DNA of 20,311 bases, taken from assembly GCA_000934665.2 (NCBI GenBank), contig KZ538577.1, positions 62,001-82,311 of the forward strand, in the 5' to 3' direction. This document shows positions 1 to 11,300 of this stretch, piece by piece. Under the pieces are notes generated by a model. It saw only the letters and a list, made by a program, of their open reading frames with translations, made no database searches and had not been told where the DNA came from. Both the position numbers and the translations under genes were made by a program. The number at the start of each line of letters is the position of its first letter. Position 1 is the stretch's first letter. Origin of the DNA: Catajapyx aquilonaris (taxonomy: Eukaryota).

Positions 1-927
1 AGTCCTAGATATTCCCCGGAGCTTCGTGCTAGATTCTTACATGCAGCTGCTTAGCCATAGTATTATTTAGCGAAGTGCAAATTATGCCTGAGCTAATACG
101 GGGCAAGTTATATGGCTACACATGGACAAGCCCAGTTTTGGTTATTGAAGCAGTAGAGCGAATGTGCAAAAGGCAGGCCCTTTCATTCCGCGATCTTGGG
201 AAGAGTTATGCAAGGGAGGTGGGGGGGAGGGGGGAGGGCGTAACGCAAATGTGGCTCTTATAGCCGGTGGCTTTGGGTGCCCATTCCCTCCTCTTATAGT
301 CTATGCAAGAAGAGGGGGGAGGGAAAAAAGCAGCCGTCTAGTGCTCCCTGGAGGTCATCTATATGCATGTAGGAGGCAGCGTTTTATTTTTGGCCATTTT
401 CAAGAATAATAGCTACGGGTATCAAATACAAAGTCAAACGAAAGTTAGAGTGCTGGTTTAATCCCATGAGCTTTTGCTATTTCACAAAAGGGGGAGCCCT
501 TCTCTCCCCCCTCCCTCCCCTTTTCTCCCTACCCCCTCCCCGCACGGAAGGGATACTGTTACCAGAGGCAGGATATGGTGATTTGGATCCCTTCTCCCAA
601 CTCCTATCCATATTCCATGATTATAATACGTGCCCTCTGGTAAGGTAGCTAATTTTATTCCGTCTGGGTGCAGGGAGGGAGTGAGGTAGGAGAGTGGGCC
701 AGAGTAAGGGTTTGGGGTAACTCCCCTTCCGTCCCCTTCAACCCACCCACCCACCACCCACCATCTCCATCAGCTCTCTGTCTGCCTACATCCTTTGTTT
801 CGGATTTGCAGGTAACTCAAAACCCGGCTGGAATTAGGAAAGAGGAGAAAAAAATGGCGGGAACCAACTAGTTAATTAGCGCTATCGAGTTTGATATGCA
901 ATTGAATATCATTTTTGGGAACATCGG

Positions 928-1110
928 GTCACCAATTGGTAACTGTGTTTATTGTCAGAGAGGGTTCCAAAAAACATGGCGCTGGCAAATAGTCAAATGA
1001 TTACTCTTTAATTAACATAATGGAGTTTGAAATAATCTCATTAAAATGCCACTGAGCTGTGTCACCAATATTGGTAACCATGTTTATAGTCAGGGAGTCC
1101 AAAAGATGCG
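928..1110 (+). repeat. Two diverged direct repeats of ~50 bp (928-981, 1061-1110)
   Basis: gtcaccaattggtaactgtgtttattgtcagagagggttccaaaaaacatggcg vs gtcaccaatattggtaaccatgtttatagtcagggagtccaaaagatgcg. Confidence 0.75.
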
Positions 1111-2048
1111 ATCCAGTTTTTTAAAAATGCGATAATATTTTTTATAGCGCCTTACTATCAATCCTGCCTGGAGAAACAGAACGGATCCAAACTCTCTCAT
1201 ATCGTATTAGAAACGTAACGCATGACGTGTCAATAATCTAGTGTCAATATAGCCTAGAAATGAGAATCGTAAAATAATCGCGGATGTAAAATTTAATTAA
1301 AGTCGACAAGAACCGGCGGACGGGGAGGGGATAAGGTTGCCCCAGGACATAATCACATAATAACTCCCTCTGATATCAGAAATTCAACTTTCTCCTTGGA
1401 GAGTTACACGCGGATTCGAGTTCTGACGTATAGGCCCACCTCGAGTTGAGCCCAACTAAGTTTCCTGAGTTTTATTTGGCCCATTAGGGAGCTCAGTCGC
1501 CGCAATTCAATCGTACTTGACTGGTCTGGAAAACGCATACAATCAGCGCCTAATGAAGATGTATATGAAAAAGTAATTAACGTATGCCAAATTCATGCGG
1601 TATACCTCAATCTAAGAGTTTGGGTTCAACTTTTAAGCCTGCCCCCCTTTTTGTTTTTTTTGTTTCTCACCACAGATTGGCGACTGATTGTGGCCAAAAC
1701 ATTTTTCCGCAAAAATACAGGTAGGAATAGATTCTTGGGGGTGTCCAAACCACACTGGTATGACTAATCAACGATTGTTAACGGCTAATTGCATTAGGCA
1801 GCCTCCCCAGCACTGATTGAGAGTCCTTGTGATTTCTGTTAACACGAGAGCACAAATTAGCATGTACTTAATGCTTGAAAAATGTGTCGATGGGCTCCAT
1901 CCCCGTATTTGGCTACATTACACCGGATAGTTACCACGATAATAATTGAATTGCTGATCGAGCTGAAAATATACAAATCGGATTCGAATGCGAGCGGCTA
2001 TCCAACCATGCAGTGTATAGGTAACATAAGTGTACCCCGGAGTGTGAG

Positions 2049-2079
2049 TGGATGTGTACAGGTGTAGTGTACACATCCA
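2049..2079. repeat. Perfect 12-bp inverted repeat with 7-nt loop
   Basis: tggatgtgtaca-ggtgtag-tgtacacatcca. Confidence 0.85.
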
Positions 2080-2086
2080 ACGAAGT

Positions 2087-2102
2087 GGGTGGGTGGGTGG
2101 GT
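2087..2102 (+). repeat. (GGGT)4 tandem repeat, canonical G-quadruplex motif
   Basis: Four GGG runs separated by single T. Confidence 0.8.
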
Positions 2103-2984
2103 GGTTTTCCTCCTTAGGAGCTGCATGGCGCCGGCGGAACAAGTCTGGGGCGTTGGCTGCCATTGTTTGCGGAGAGATATTGACTTCCCCTGCTGGGAGG
2201 AAAGTTTCAACTTGTTCAATGGCGTGTAATCGATAGTAATCATCTACAGCGATACAGGCAGCAGCAGCAGAAGCAGCGTCTTTGGACAAGGCGGCGCATA
2301 CTGCTGCTGGAAGGAAATCTTTTGAAAAGGGGCGGGCAACTCAGTAAAGGAAGAAGAGACACGGCCTAATGTCTATAAGGCAATTACCATACCGCCTTGA
2401 CTTATGGAGAGCCCGCCTATGTGAAGGGGAGAGCTGGCCTACAATTCAGGCAGCGGCGTGCTGGGTGTTTCCAGTAGCTATTACCGTAAAAAGTGTCGTA
2501 AAAGTTACACTTGTTCCTGCTTTATGCCTCGTCTTCTAACTCCGGGACTCCAACCTTGCCCAATCAATTCGTGCCACCATTGAATATGGGCTGACGTATG
2601 GAGTTACGGCGATGCTTTTCGGCTTCCTCCTTTGCAACTAACTAACCTCTTCTTCCCGGGCCATGCTATGCCAACAGCCTTTCTTCGCCCAACCCACAGG
2701 GGGCTCCTTCAGACACGGAGGATCACATTGTTTATGCCACCTTCTGCCCATATGGACCATTTTAGATGGAAAATATTATTAGAGAACTACTGATAATTGA
2801 ACTTCTGGATAGCACAAATTTCGTTGAGTGAAATTGGAAGTTGGCTCCTTATACTTTGTTTCCCCGCAGTTATAAAGTTGGCAGTCGGATCTCCTAGATA
2901 ACCCCCAAGTCTAGATACCACAAACTTCCTCGTAATTAAAAGCCACTTTGAATCAAAGTCGGGCTGGGGCCGGAAAAGGAGGGT

Positions 2985-3035
2985 GAGGAGGAGGAGGAGG
3001 AAGAGAAGAAGAGGAAGAAAAAAAAACCAAAAAAA
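2985..3035 (+). repeat. Purine-rich low-complexity tract (GAG)n/(AAG)n/poly-A
   Basis: gaggaggaggaggaggaagagaagaagaggaagaaaaaaaaaccaaaaaaa. Confidence 0.8.
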
Positions 3036-4593
3036 GGCCAAAAGACAACCAGTAAAAATGGAACTTATGAAAAGAGGGTTAATTGCGCCGGCCAATAACC
3101 GAAAGCCTTTCTCAAAAGCGGGCCAAAGGCTTTCATCTGCAACTTCTCATTTTTCCAGGCGGAAACAAAACTGTGCTGAATCTGCCGGGGTGGAGGAAAA
3201 GGGAGCCAAAAGTAATTAGGGTGAAGGTTTTGCGAATGACTCCCCCTCCCTGGCATCCCCTACTGCTCATGTAACAACCCATTTGGTTACAGAACCCCGG
3301 ATTGCGCCTCTGTTTTCTCTTGGATCCCACTTCAAAGAATGACAAACTGCAATGAAAGGAAATAGACAATACGCTTCAGACATCACCAATACTGGATTCA
3401 ATGTCACCCTGCTTTCGCGCCAAAACTAACACTCATTTGCATGCTGCCCTTCCTGCCGAAAGGTCACCGGGCCACAATTACTCAAGTCTGATCCTACTTA
3501 CCATGGGTGTAGATACGATCTTAATTAATTGGAATATTCAAATTCGTACTATATAGCCAAATTTAATTATTAATTACTGTATATTGTCAGCATGCAAGTG
3601 AAATCCACTCATTTTATTTAAAAAATATTGACAATTTAGTGCAAAGATTTGACCATGTTACGTGCTAATGAAGGCAGAAAATACTGGCTAGCTGGCTCAT
3701 ATTTAGGACTAAATGCCAGGAAATATATCAGGAAAATTGCTGATTACTGATGTAATTAGCTCAAAATTCTCAAAATTGAACTTGTTGTATTCACACGACA
3801 TATTGTACAATAAAAATCAGTTACATTTTTCTGACTGTTATGGTTTTCCCACGCCCATTCAGCCTGCACTTTATTACTCCCTGGCCACACTTTTTATTAC
3901 TCTGTGTTACACGGCACAAGATTGTAGGGTAAGACTCATGGAAGACCGTAAAAAATTGATTTCTTCCTGCAATTATCAGCAAAAATCAGAGTAGGTCCTG
4001 CACGTCATTAATTATGGAGACATTCATTCGGCGGATTCTTTACCGTAGGGACGATTTACGTGGCGTGTGATTGACGAGCCGAGTGTGTGATTCCAAGCTA
4101 ATCGAACGGCAATATCTAATCGGTTTTTTTGGCGGGAGGGATAGAGTAGAAACCCTCGGGTCTTCATTTCTCTCGTCCCCCGCCATCCAGCCCCACCCCT
4201 CCGGAGGGTTTTTTCCCGTGTGCAATTGCCTATCCTGTCTTTTCTCATTAGGTGCCCTACTTTTCAACATTCCGTGTGTAGAGAGAACCCCCCCTCCTCT
4301 ACACTTTGATTGCCGATTAAATTTGGCGACAAAAGAACTCAAATTAAATGCAACTCAAAAAAATAGTCTTAATTAATCACATGTTCCTGCTCTTTTGTTT
4401 CTTCATGTGTCACGCTATGGAGAGCTCCCCAATAGATGTAAAATTGCTTAACAATTGGATTAATGGACCCAATTTGTGGAGTGAGTTCAAGATCGATTTC
4501 ATTCTTGAAGCACTTGTTTTTTCTTCTGCGCCAGTTATTATTATTTCCTAAGGCTGAGCTTGAAATATTCATACGGACGACAATTTGACAATT

Positions 4594-4658
4594 TTGTCAA
4601 CATTGAATCCTTGCCTACAGGGGGTGACTTCCTGATTGCCTTCATTCCATGTTGACAA
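4594..4658. repeat. 15-bp inverted repeat (14/15), 35-nt spacer
   Basis: ttgtcaacattgaat (4594-4608) vs attccatgttgacaa (4644-4658). Confidence 0.6.
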
Positions 4659-5250
4659 TTCTTGGGGGGGTATATATTGTTAGCTGGAATCGATTCGACA
4701 GGTGCACAGTATTCTCAACGTTTGCCAGGGTCTTGGTTTAAGTCTCCAAGAAGAAGAAAAAAATAGACGACATTGCTGGCATTTTTTCCCACAAAGCTAC
4801 CATTTCTTTCCTTTTATTATTGACACTTCCTGCACATTTACACAAAAACAATGATTTCTAGTTGAGGGGAAGTGCGTCTGAAATTTTATCTTTGCAACCT
4901 ACCCCTTGTTCTGACCCTTAAAAAGTATTGTATAGGCGTGAACCCAGGGTATTAGTTCCACCAAAAAGTTCGATTCCCGCCATTCATCTCCTGTTCGGGA
5001 CATGCTATAATTTGAGACGAATCGTACATTTGAATTTCAACATTTTTTTTTTTTTCGCCCCTCCAAAGTTTTTGTGGGTATGCAATTTAGATTTACGGAT
5101 TTTAGCTGCAGGGTAGTGTCTCGATACGGGTTTCAAAATTTATCTACCCTCTTGTCACTGATTGCAGGTCTCACTCTGACAGGTGTTCTTATTTATACTT
5201 TGGGTGAAAGAAATGCCATCAGCCAATCGTGTTTGTATAGAATTGGGCCG

Positions 5251-5373
5251 AATTTTGAATCGCTTGATTATGCCCGGACATGACACAACTCATTCACTAG
5301 AGGCCAGCACACGACGGCATCATTTGAGAAAGTCGACACCATATTTCCAGGCATAATCAAGCGATGGAAAATT
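5251..5373. repeat. 28-bp inverted repeat (25/28), probable degenerate MITE
   Basis: aattttgaatcgcttgattatgcccgga (5251-5278) vs reverse complement of 5346-5373, aattttccatcgcttgattatgcctgga. No clear TSD. Confidence 0.7.
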
Positions 5374-6030
5374 AATTTAACCGAATTCAAGGCTTTGGTG
5401 TAATAATTGCCAGGAAATCATGTTCATAGGAGAAATTTCCTAAGTTAGATTACTTTAGGGCCCATTTTAATTGCGTCTACAAACAAACCACTTCCTAGTT
5501 TTAATTATGTACCTTTTGTCGCCTCATAGATGTTGATTAACTATCCCAGCCCTCCCCCTTCCCTCCCTAAAAAATCCTATTTTTTTGAACGTGGGGGGGG
5601 GGGAGGGGGCTAGAGTCTTTTCATAGCTTTTTCCGGACCACTGTCACGTAATTGTCTGCGGCGCCACGGAGCAAAAAGAGCAAGAATAATTTGGAAATTG
5701 CATATCTAAGCGGTGACGTTGATTGGCATTATTGAAGGGCGGGTGTTTTTATTGCATTTTTGGTCCCATAATGCTTTCATGGGCTGGTGTGGTGGGATGG
5801 GGAGACGAATTATTATTTTAGAGTCCATTCCGGGAATTGCTGGGACCCAGGAATTTTCGTTCAGACCAGAGAAAAAGGGTGTATCTACTCGGCTAAAAAG
5901 GGGACTGTGATTGATGCCTCAGAGTATGCAAAAATCTTGGAAACAATGAAATGGCTATCCATTAGCAATAATGAAACAGATGATGCATGTTAGCTCAGCT
6001 GATTAAAACATATGACAGCTGAAATTTGCA

Positions 6031-6036
6031 TATTAC

Positions 6037-6088
<52 letters not shown>

Positions 6089-6110
6089 GTTGTTGTTATT
6101 ATTATTATTA
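6031..6110 (+). repeat. (TTA)n microsatellite with short (TTG)n interruption
   Basis: Read directly; explains the poly-Leu ORF 6012-6203. Confidence 0.97.
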
Positions 6111-7599
6111 AGGAAATGTATGATCATCTTGACTGATAACGAAAATGCAACAGGAAAAGGACAATTACAAAAGGTTCCAAGAAATACTGGACAATTATGG
6201 TAATCAAATGAATGATTTAAAGGACATGTTTATGAGTGGGAGAAGCAAAATTTGAATGTGGTTGAGGTGTTGCTGCATGACTATATCCTATCAGTCCATT
6301 TCGTATTGCATGGTTTGTGAGCAGCTGCATGAGAGAGAAAGACAATGTTGCTTAGTCACGCACCGGATAAGATAAAATCGCTGGAAAAAAAATCACTTGG
6401 CCCTTCAGTTGCATCCTAAAAATAAAGTAGGAATGAGATACTCCGTTACTATCAAGAGTATTTATCTCATCAACGTCTCTGGTAACAATTCAATGAGAGT
6501 GATGAAAGAAATATTCAAGTCGTAGCCTATAAAGTTTAATTATTATTATTACCAACTACTAGTAAGTTATATGAAAAAATGTTTCCGCAAGGATTTGTTT
6601 TTGGACAGAAGTAACTTTTTATTGCATGTATGCAACACAGTTTTCTTGCAAAATTTTTTGGCTTTAAGGATTTTTTTTTCAAGTAAGTTAAGCGGGGTAA
6701 AGGGCAAAAATGCACTCCCACTCGAGCGAACGTATGAATGTGACCGCTAGAGTGTGTGAGTGTACTCCCACTTTTGCTCTCTACTGGCTCACTTGAAAGG
6801 GAGCTTATAGCTTGGGCACTGGAGAAGTAGTAAAACAACATCGTATGATGCTATGTGGATTTACTACTTCCATCTCGCCTCTATACACGGTGTTCCAACT
6901 GGCTTGTCCAATTAAGTTGTCACACTTTTGGCACTAATAAGATATTATAATCGACACTCCCAGATAGGCATGTACCTCTCGGAATATGTTCTTTTAGACA
7001 CCAGAATAGTAGAAGTTGTTCCAGTAATGATGTAACATGAAACAGTTAGGCTCACCTTTGTCCTATCTACACAGTTATTGCGGATATCCGCATTTGAAAT
7101 TTGGAATTTGAAATTTTTCTAATTTCAAATCGTAACAGGAGACGCCAGTATAACCATAGATAATTATTGTAATTAAATTTTTCTAGCAATATTAATAACA
7201 ACCGATTCTTCTAGAGTTGCATACTGCTAGCTAACAAAATAATGTCTTCAAAACACTGGTTATACAGGATAAGGCTCATGAAAATAGGATAATAGACTAT
7301 GGGTAACCTTGATTTTGCAGATATTAATTTCATTCATTCAAGTTTTAGTGGCACATTTAAAAATTGTCCATAAAAATTGAAGGGAAACTCTCTCCTGTTC
7401 CTGGAGTTGCTTATTGAGATTTGAAATCGTAAAAAAAGTGACAAATTGTAATGTCGCAATTCCTAATCACCAGAATAAGTCAGACACACTGAGTTTCTCT
7501 TTTTCATCTTACGCTATTAGGGACAATGTCCACCAAAAATGGCGGCGATCCTAGGAAAAAATGACCCTTTAAGGGTTCCATCATAGTTTAAAAAACTGT

Positions 7600-7738
7600 A
7601 CTAGTCCAAAATTTGGGGGTTTGTGACTTTTCCCTGGGGTTTGAGCTAATCAGCTATCAGCATGCCAATTTTCAGCTCCCTTGGTAGTCTGGAAGTGGGT
7701 TAGAATTTTCTAAACATACAAACTTTCTGTTTTATACA
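7600..7738 (-). mobile_element. 5' portion of a non-autonomous Helitron-like (Lep1/DINE-1-style) element; left boundary uncertain
   Basis: Minus strand reads tataaaacagaaagttttgtatgtttagaaaattctaacccacttccagac...agctgaaaattggcatg. The start resembles the Helitron-like head at 16731 (tataaggaaaagtttgtatgtttg). No 3' hairpin/CTAG located. Confidence 0.45.
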
Positions 7739-7927
7739 GCCTACTGGGTATTCCAATTGAAATGTTCGTGTCAGCAATTTTAGCCACTAAGCTGCTTATT
7801 TTTACGTGTTACCTTAGCACGGGTAAGTAAGAGGGAGAATCAAAAAGTAATTGAGTAATTTTTTAATTCAGAGGTTTCACTAGAGAAACTGAAATTGAGA
7901 TATACATATGAAAGTGCAAGTCTTCTT

Positions 7928-8115
7928 CTAATTTTAGACATAGTCGCCATACAATTTGGTGCATTTGTCCCATCAGGACACGAGTTTTTTCCATACCCCT
8001 GCAGAAAAAAGCGTCAGGCTGGGTGGGAAGCCAGGATGGCCTCTTTCACTTCCTCGATGTCGCTGAAGTTCTGACTTGCCAGGTGCTTCTTCATTTGTCC
8101 AAAGAGATGGTAGAC
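7928..8115 (-). pseudogene. Mariner transposase C-terminal fragment (left arm)
   Basis: VYHLFGQMKKHLASQNFSDIEEVKEAI matches the mariner DYHLF..LK..L....F...EEV region; frameshifted and stop-containing downstream. Confidence 0.88.
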
Positions 8116-8127
8116 CATGGGTAAAAC

Positions 8128-8319
8128 CATCTCTTTGGACCAAAAAAGAAGCACCTGGCAGGTCAGAACTTCAGCGACATCGAGGAAGTGAAAGAGGCCA
8201 TCCCCAGCACCACTGGCTTCCCACCCAGCCTGACCCTTTTTTCTGCAGGGGTATGGAAAAAACTCGTGTCCTGATGGGACAAATGCACCAAATTGTATGG
8301 CGACTATGTCTAAAATTAG
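8128..8319 (+). pseudogene. Mariner transposase C-terminal fragment (right arm)
   Basis: HLFGPKKKHLAGQNFSDIEEVKEAI / HWLPTQPDPFFCRGMEK / LVS*WDKCTKLYGDYV*N* across two frameshifts; matches the mariner GI.KL..RW.KC....GDYVE terminus. Confidence 0.9.
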
Positions 8320-11300
8320 AGAAAGACTTGCACTTTCATATGTATATCCCAGTTTCAGTTTCTCTAGTGAAACCTCTGAATTAAAAAAATTACTCAATTA
8401 CTTTTTGATTCTCCCTAGTACTTTTAGTGGTTTTACATTTGTTGCTAATATTAGGTCACGTGCGAAAATGGGTTCTGTCATTAGCGTTTCAATTTCTCAA
8501 ATGGGTCTGAATCATTACAAACATCCTTCATATATACAAATTGATATTTAACACTTAGTTAATAACGTAGACTATGAAGTCATATAATCGATCTTTTCGG
8601 TGCGACAATATTTCCACGCCAATATTTAGCCTGAAATTCCTATCACCATCCCCCACACCCTACGCAATCAGAATTTATTACGGTCGCGTGAATATTTTCC
8701 TTACTACAAAAATGTGCATTGAATAATATTTTGCTCAATTTTTAAATATTTTTATTTATTTTTATGAGCAAACTCATTAGCTAAAAATCTGACAACTGTA
8801 TATAAGTTTCCTCTATATAGCACGCTAGGCATCGACTAGTGGACATTAACCAAAAGATGTAGTTGAGTGTAACGAGCAATTTGTTTCTATGCCAGAGTCT
8901 GCCGGCTGGAGCCTCGTGCACACCTGGCCAAACAGACACTTTGCACCTAATAATCCAAAAAGCCCTGATGCTAATTGCAGCCGTCCGCAACGCCTGGCGA
9001 AACGGTGTCTCTCCCTGAAAACGGCAACATTTACCCCGCGTTTAATTCGCCCCAACTGAACCCCACCATCCCCCGTCGGGCATTATTGCCATTCCAACTG
9101 CATAATTCGCCGTTTCCTCTAAAATGCACCTTTTTTTTACCCTCGTGTTTTTTGTTGTTGTTGTTGAATCCTGTAAATGGCGGGAACAAAAGCGGCCACT
9201 TTTCTTGGCTGAGTGTCGGCGGTGGGGAAAAAGCCTTGCCGAGTCCCATTCGTTGGCAAATAAAACGGCTCGTTAATCTGCGATTTGCGGGAGCGTCACA
9301 CTCCGCAAAAGGGTACGCAACAAGTGAATCTAGGGATGTATAAGACCAATGTTCCCCAGAAGGAAAGAAGGAAAGAAGGGTCGATCACAGGGTGGTCCAT
9401 TTATCAAGACTGGCAGCTTTTTCTATCGGGTTCAAATTCTTTTTAGGGGAGGAAATTCTTTTTTCGAACCGTATTTCCCACAGTAGAAAAGGACATGTTG
9501 AAAAGGGATTTCCCTTCCGGGGTAATTAGGATCATTAGTTACTTTGGATGCGTTGTAATTTGGGGGGAGAAGCTTTTGAAAAAGCGGGAGCGAATCGAAC
9601 ATGGCGTCTTTTCTAGGCTACTGGAGGGGCAATTGGTTGATTGCTTTTGTCAGGTGGTATAGCTTGGGTCTAGTTACCCTAGGAATATAGAACAGAAGAG
9701 TTCGAGACATGTAAGCTAAATTATGAATCATACGGTATAAAACAGTTGTTTACATTCGATTCAAAAGAATTGTCGGACAAATTGCATCACTTAATACGTT
9801 ATCAGTTTGGTTCTGCTGATTTGAACAATATTGCGGAGATTCCATTTTTAGTCGCTATTTAGCATTTGACACTATAGAAATACGGTATTGTGTACTATCA
9901 GCATTATGTGTACTTTTGTATACGTTACGTAGAATAGCGAACAATGTGTGTAGAACTTTATCAGTATTATTTCATTTGCACTGTCCCGACGTTTATATTA
10001 CTCTATATCGGGAAAGCAATAATTATGACACCTGACCATCACTTAATAAAAGCCCCCAAAATATCACCTTTGACCCCCAAATAATGAACTTAGTTCGATT
10101 TCTAGCAAGCCACCACCGGCGATAAAAATAATCATCCGGATTTTTGTCACGACCTGAATTGATTCAGTGCGCATTAAAACCACGTATAGTGTTGCCTTGT
10201 CGCAATTATTGTACAAACTGAATGCCCGTTCAGAAAAAAATGCCGAACCGAGTGGATGTTTGCATCCAAAAAGCGGGCAATGCCAACTAAATGGGGGGAA
10301 ACAAAAGGGCAGGCTTGTTGAAAGTATGGGTGGGATAGGGGTGGGTGGGGATGGGGGGTTTAAAAAAATTCCCATTTGAATCGGGGTGGCGAAATGGCAG
10401 ATCCATAACGCAAAATTGATACCGGCCGCGTCACGATTGAATTCACGGCATTTGCGTACGTTACATTGCGCCCAATCCAGTCAGGTTGGCTTATTCTGGG
10501 ATTGATTTTAGAGAGGTGTGATTAGGTTCGCATATGGTGATTTGAACGGGCTAATTGCACCGCGAGCTGTTGGGTGGGGAAGCTTGCGGGGGTTTTGGGT
10601 GGCAAGAGAAAAATCAGGGGGGTCCATCAACTGTAGTCGAAAGCGTTTCATTTTTTGGAGCCGTTTTCCTCTGGCCAATATTAGCAAGCCGACGTATATT
10701 TTTTTACCACGCCCCCGGTGGCGGGAATTGACTGCACGTGGCAGAATTGCAAAATTGATTGTGTCTATAATGAGCTTCACTCGGCATCATTTTGTATTTA
10801 AGTAAATGAAAATGAAATAGGAGATCAAAGGGCAAATCATAGCGTTTGCGTTTGCCACCCCCCCTTTTTATAAATAAAGGGATATTCGATCGTGAAACGC
10901 GCTGTGGCAATTTCATAACTGAATAGCTGGGGCTTTTTTCCCACTGAGCACTGCGTATTTTCGTTCCCCATGCATGCTGCCCCAGCACATGCTTAGTGTT
11001 TGTCATAATATTTCATTATTCAATCGGCTGTTCATTTCGGGGGGCCCGACCACTCGGATCAAGGAAAAATAACACAAGCACTGTAGCCCCGGACCCGGAT
11101 TGCCAGAGTCAAGAATTGCCATACCACTGGTGAAATCGGATCATCGCAGGTGATCATGCTTTGCCATCATCATATCATATAGGCATTGACTTCTGCGACT
11201 CTATATACAGCGAGTATACACTGGGGATTCATCATACACCCGGAATGTATGGCAAATATTCAACATTTGTGCAATTTTATACTGTATAAATTGTACAAAA

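Larger units (their letters stand above)
7830..8418. mobile_element. Mariner-derived fold-back MITE (589 bp, two inverted copies of the element's 3' end)
   Basis: Arms 7830-8111 and 8126-8418 are reverse complements (about 11 substitutions, a 1-nt indel and a 10-nt indel by eye), with a 14-nt spacer. TA flanks both ends (7828-7829, 8419-8420). Mariner-like terminus (c)gagggagaatcaaaaagt. Arms encode a transposase C-terminus. Confidence 0.95.

Noticed and set aside
790..817. Recursive-splice-like polypyrimidine-CAG|GTAACT (also minus-strand CAG|GTAAGC at 11437-11429)
   Set aside because: Such motifs are expected by chance in 20 kb; host transcript and strand are unknown; no supporting exon.
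2983..3219. Arg/Lys-rich protamine-like ORF, and the opposite-strand hydrophobic ORF 2787-3095
   Set aside because: Products of a purine-rich low-complexity tract; GTG start; no domain or splice support.
6012..6203. Poly-Leu signal/TM-like ORF
   Set aside because: Translation of the (TTA)n microsatellite.
6883..6900. TA-CACGGTGTTCC, a Tc1/mariner-like left end
   Set aside because: No convincing matching right TIR found.
8014..8397. 127-aa ORF, the longest in the window
   Set aside because: Chimeric read-through across the palindrome; only the last ~30 aa are transposase-derived.
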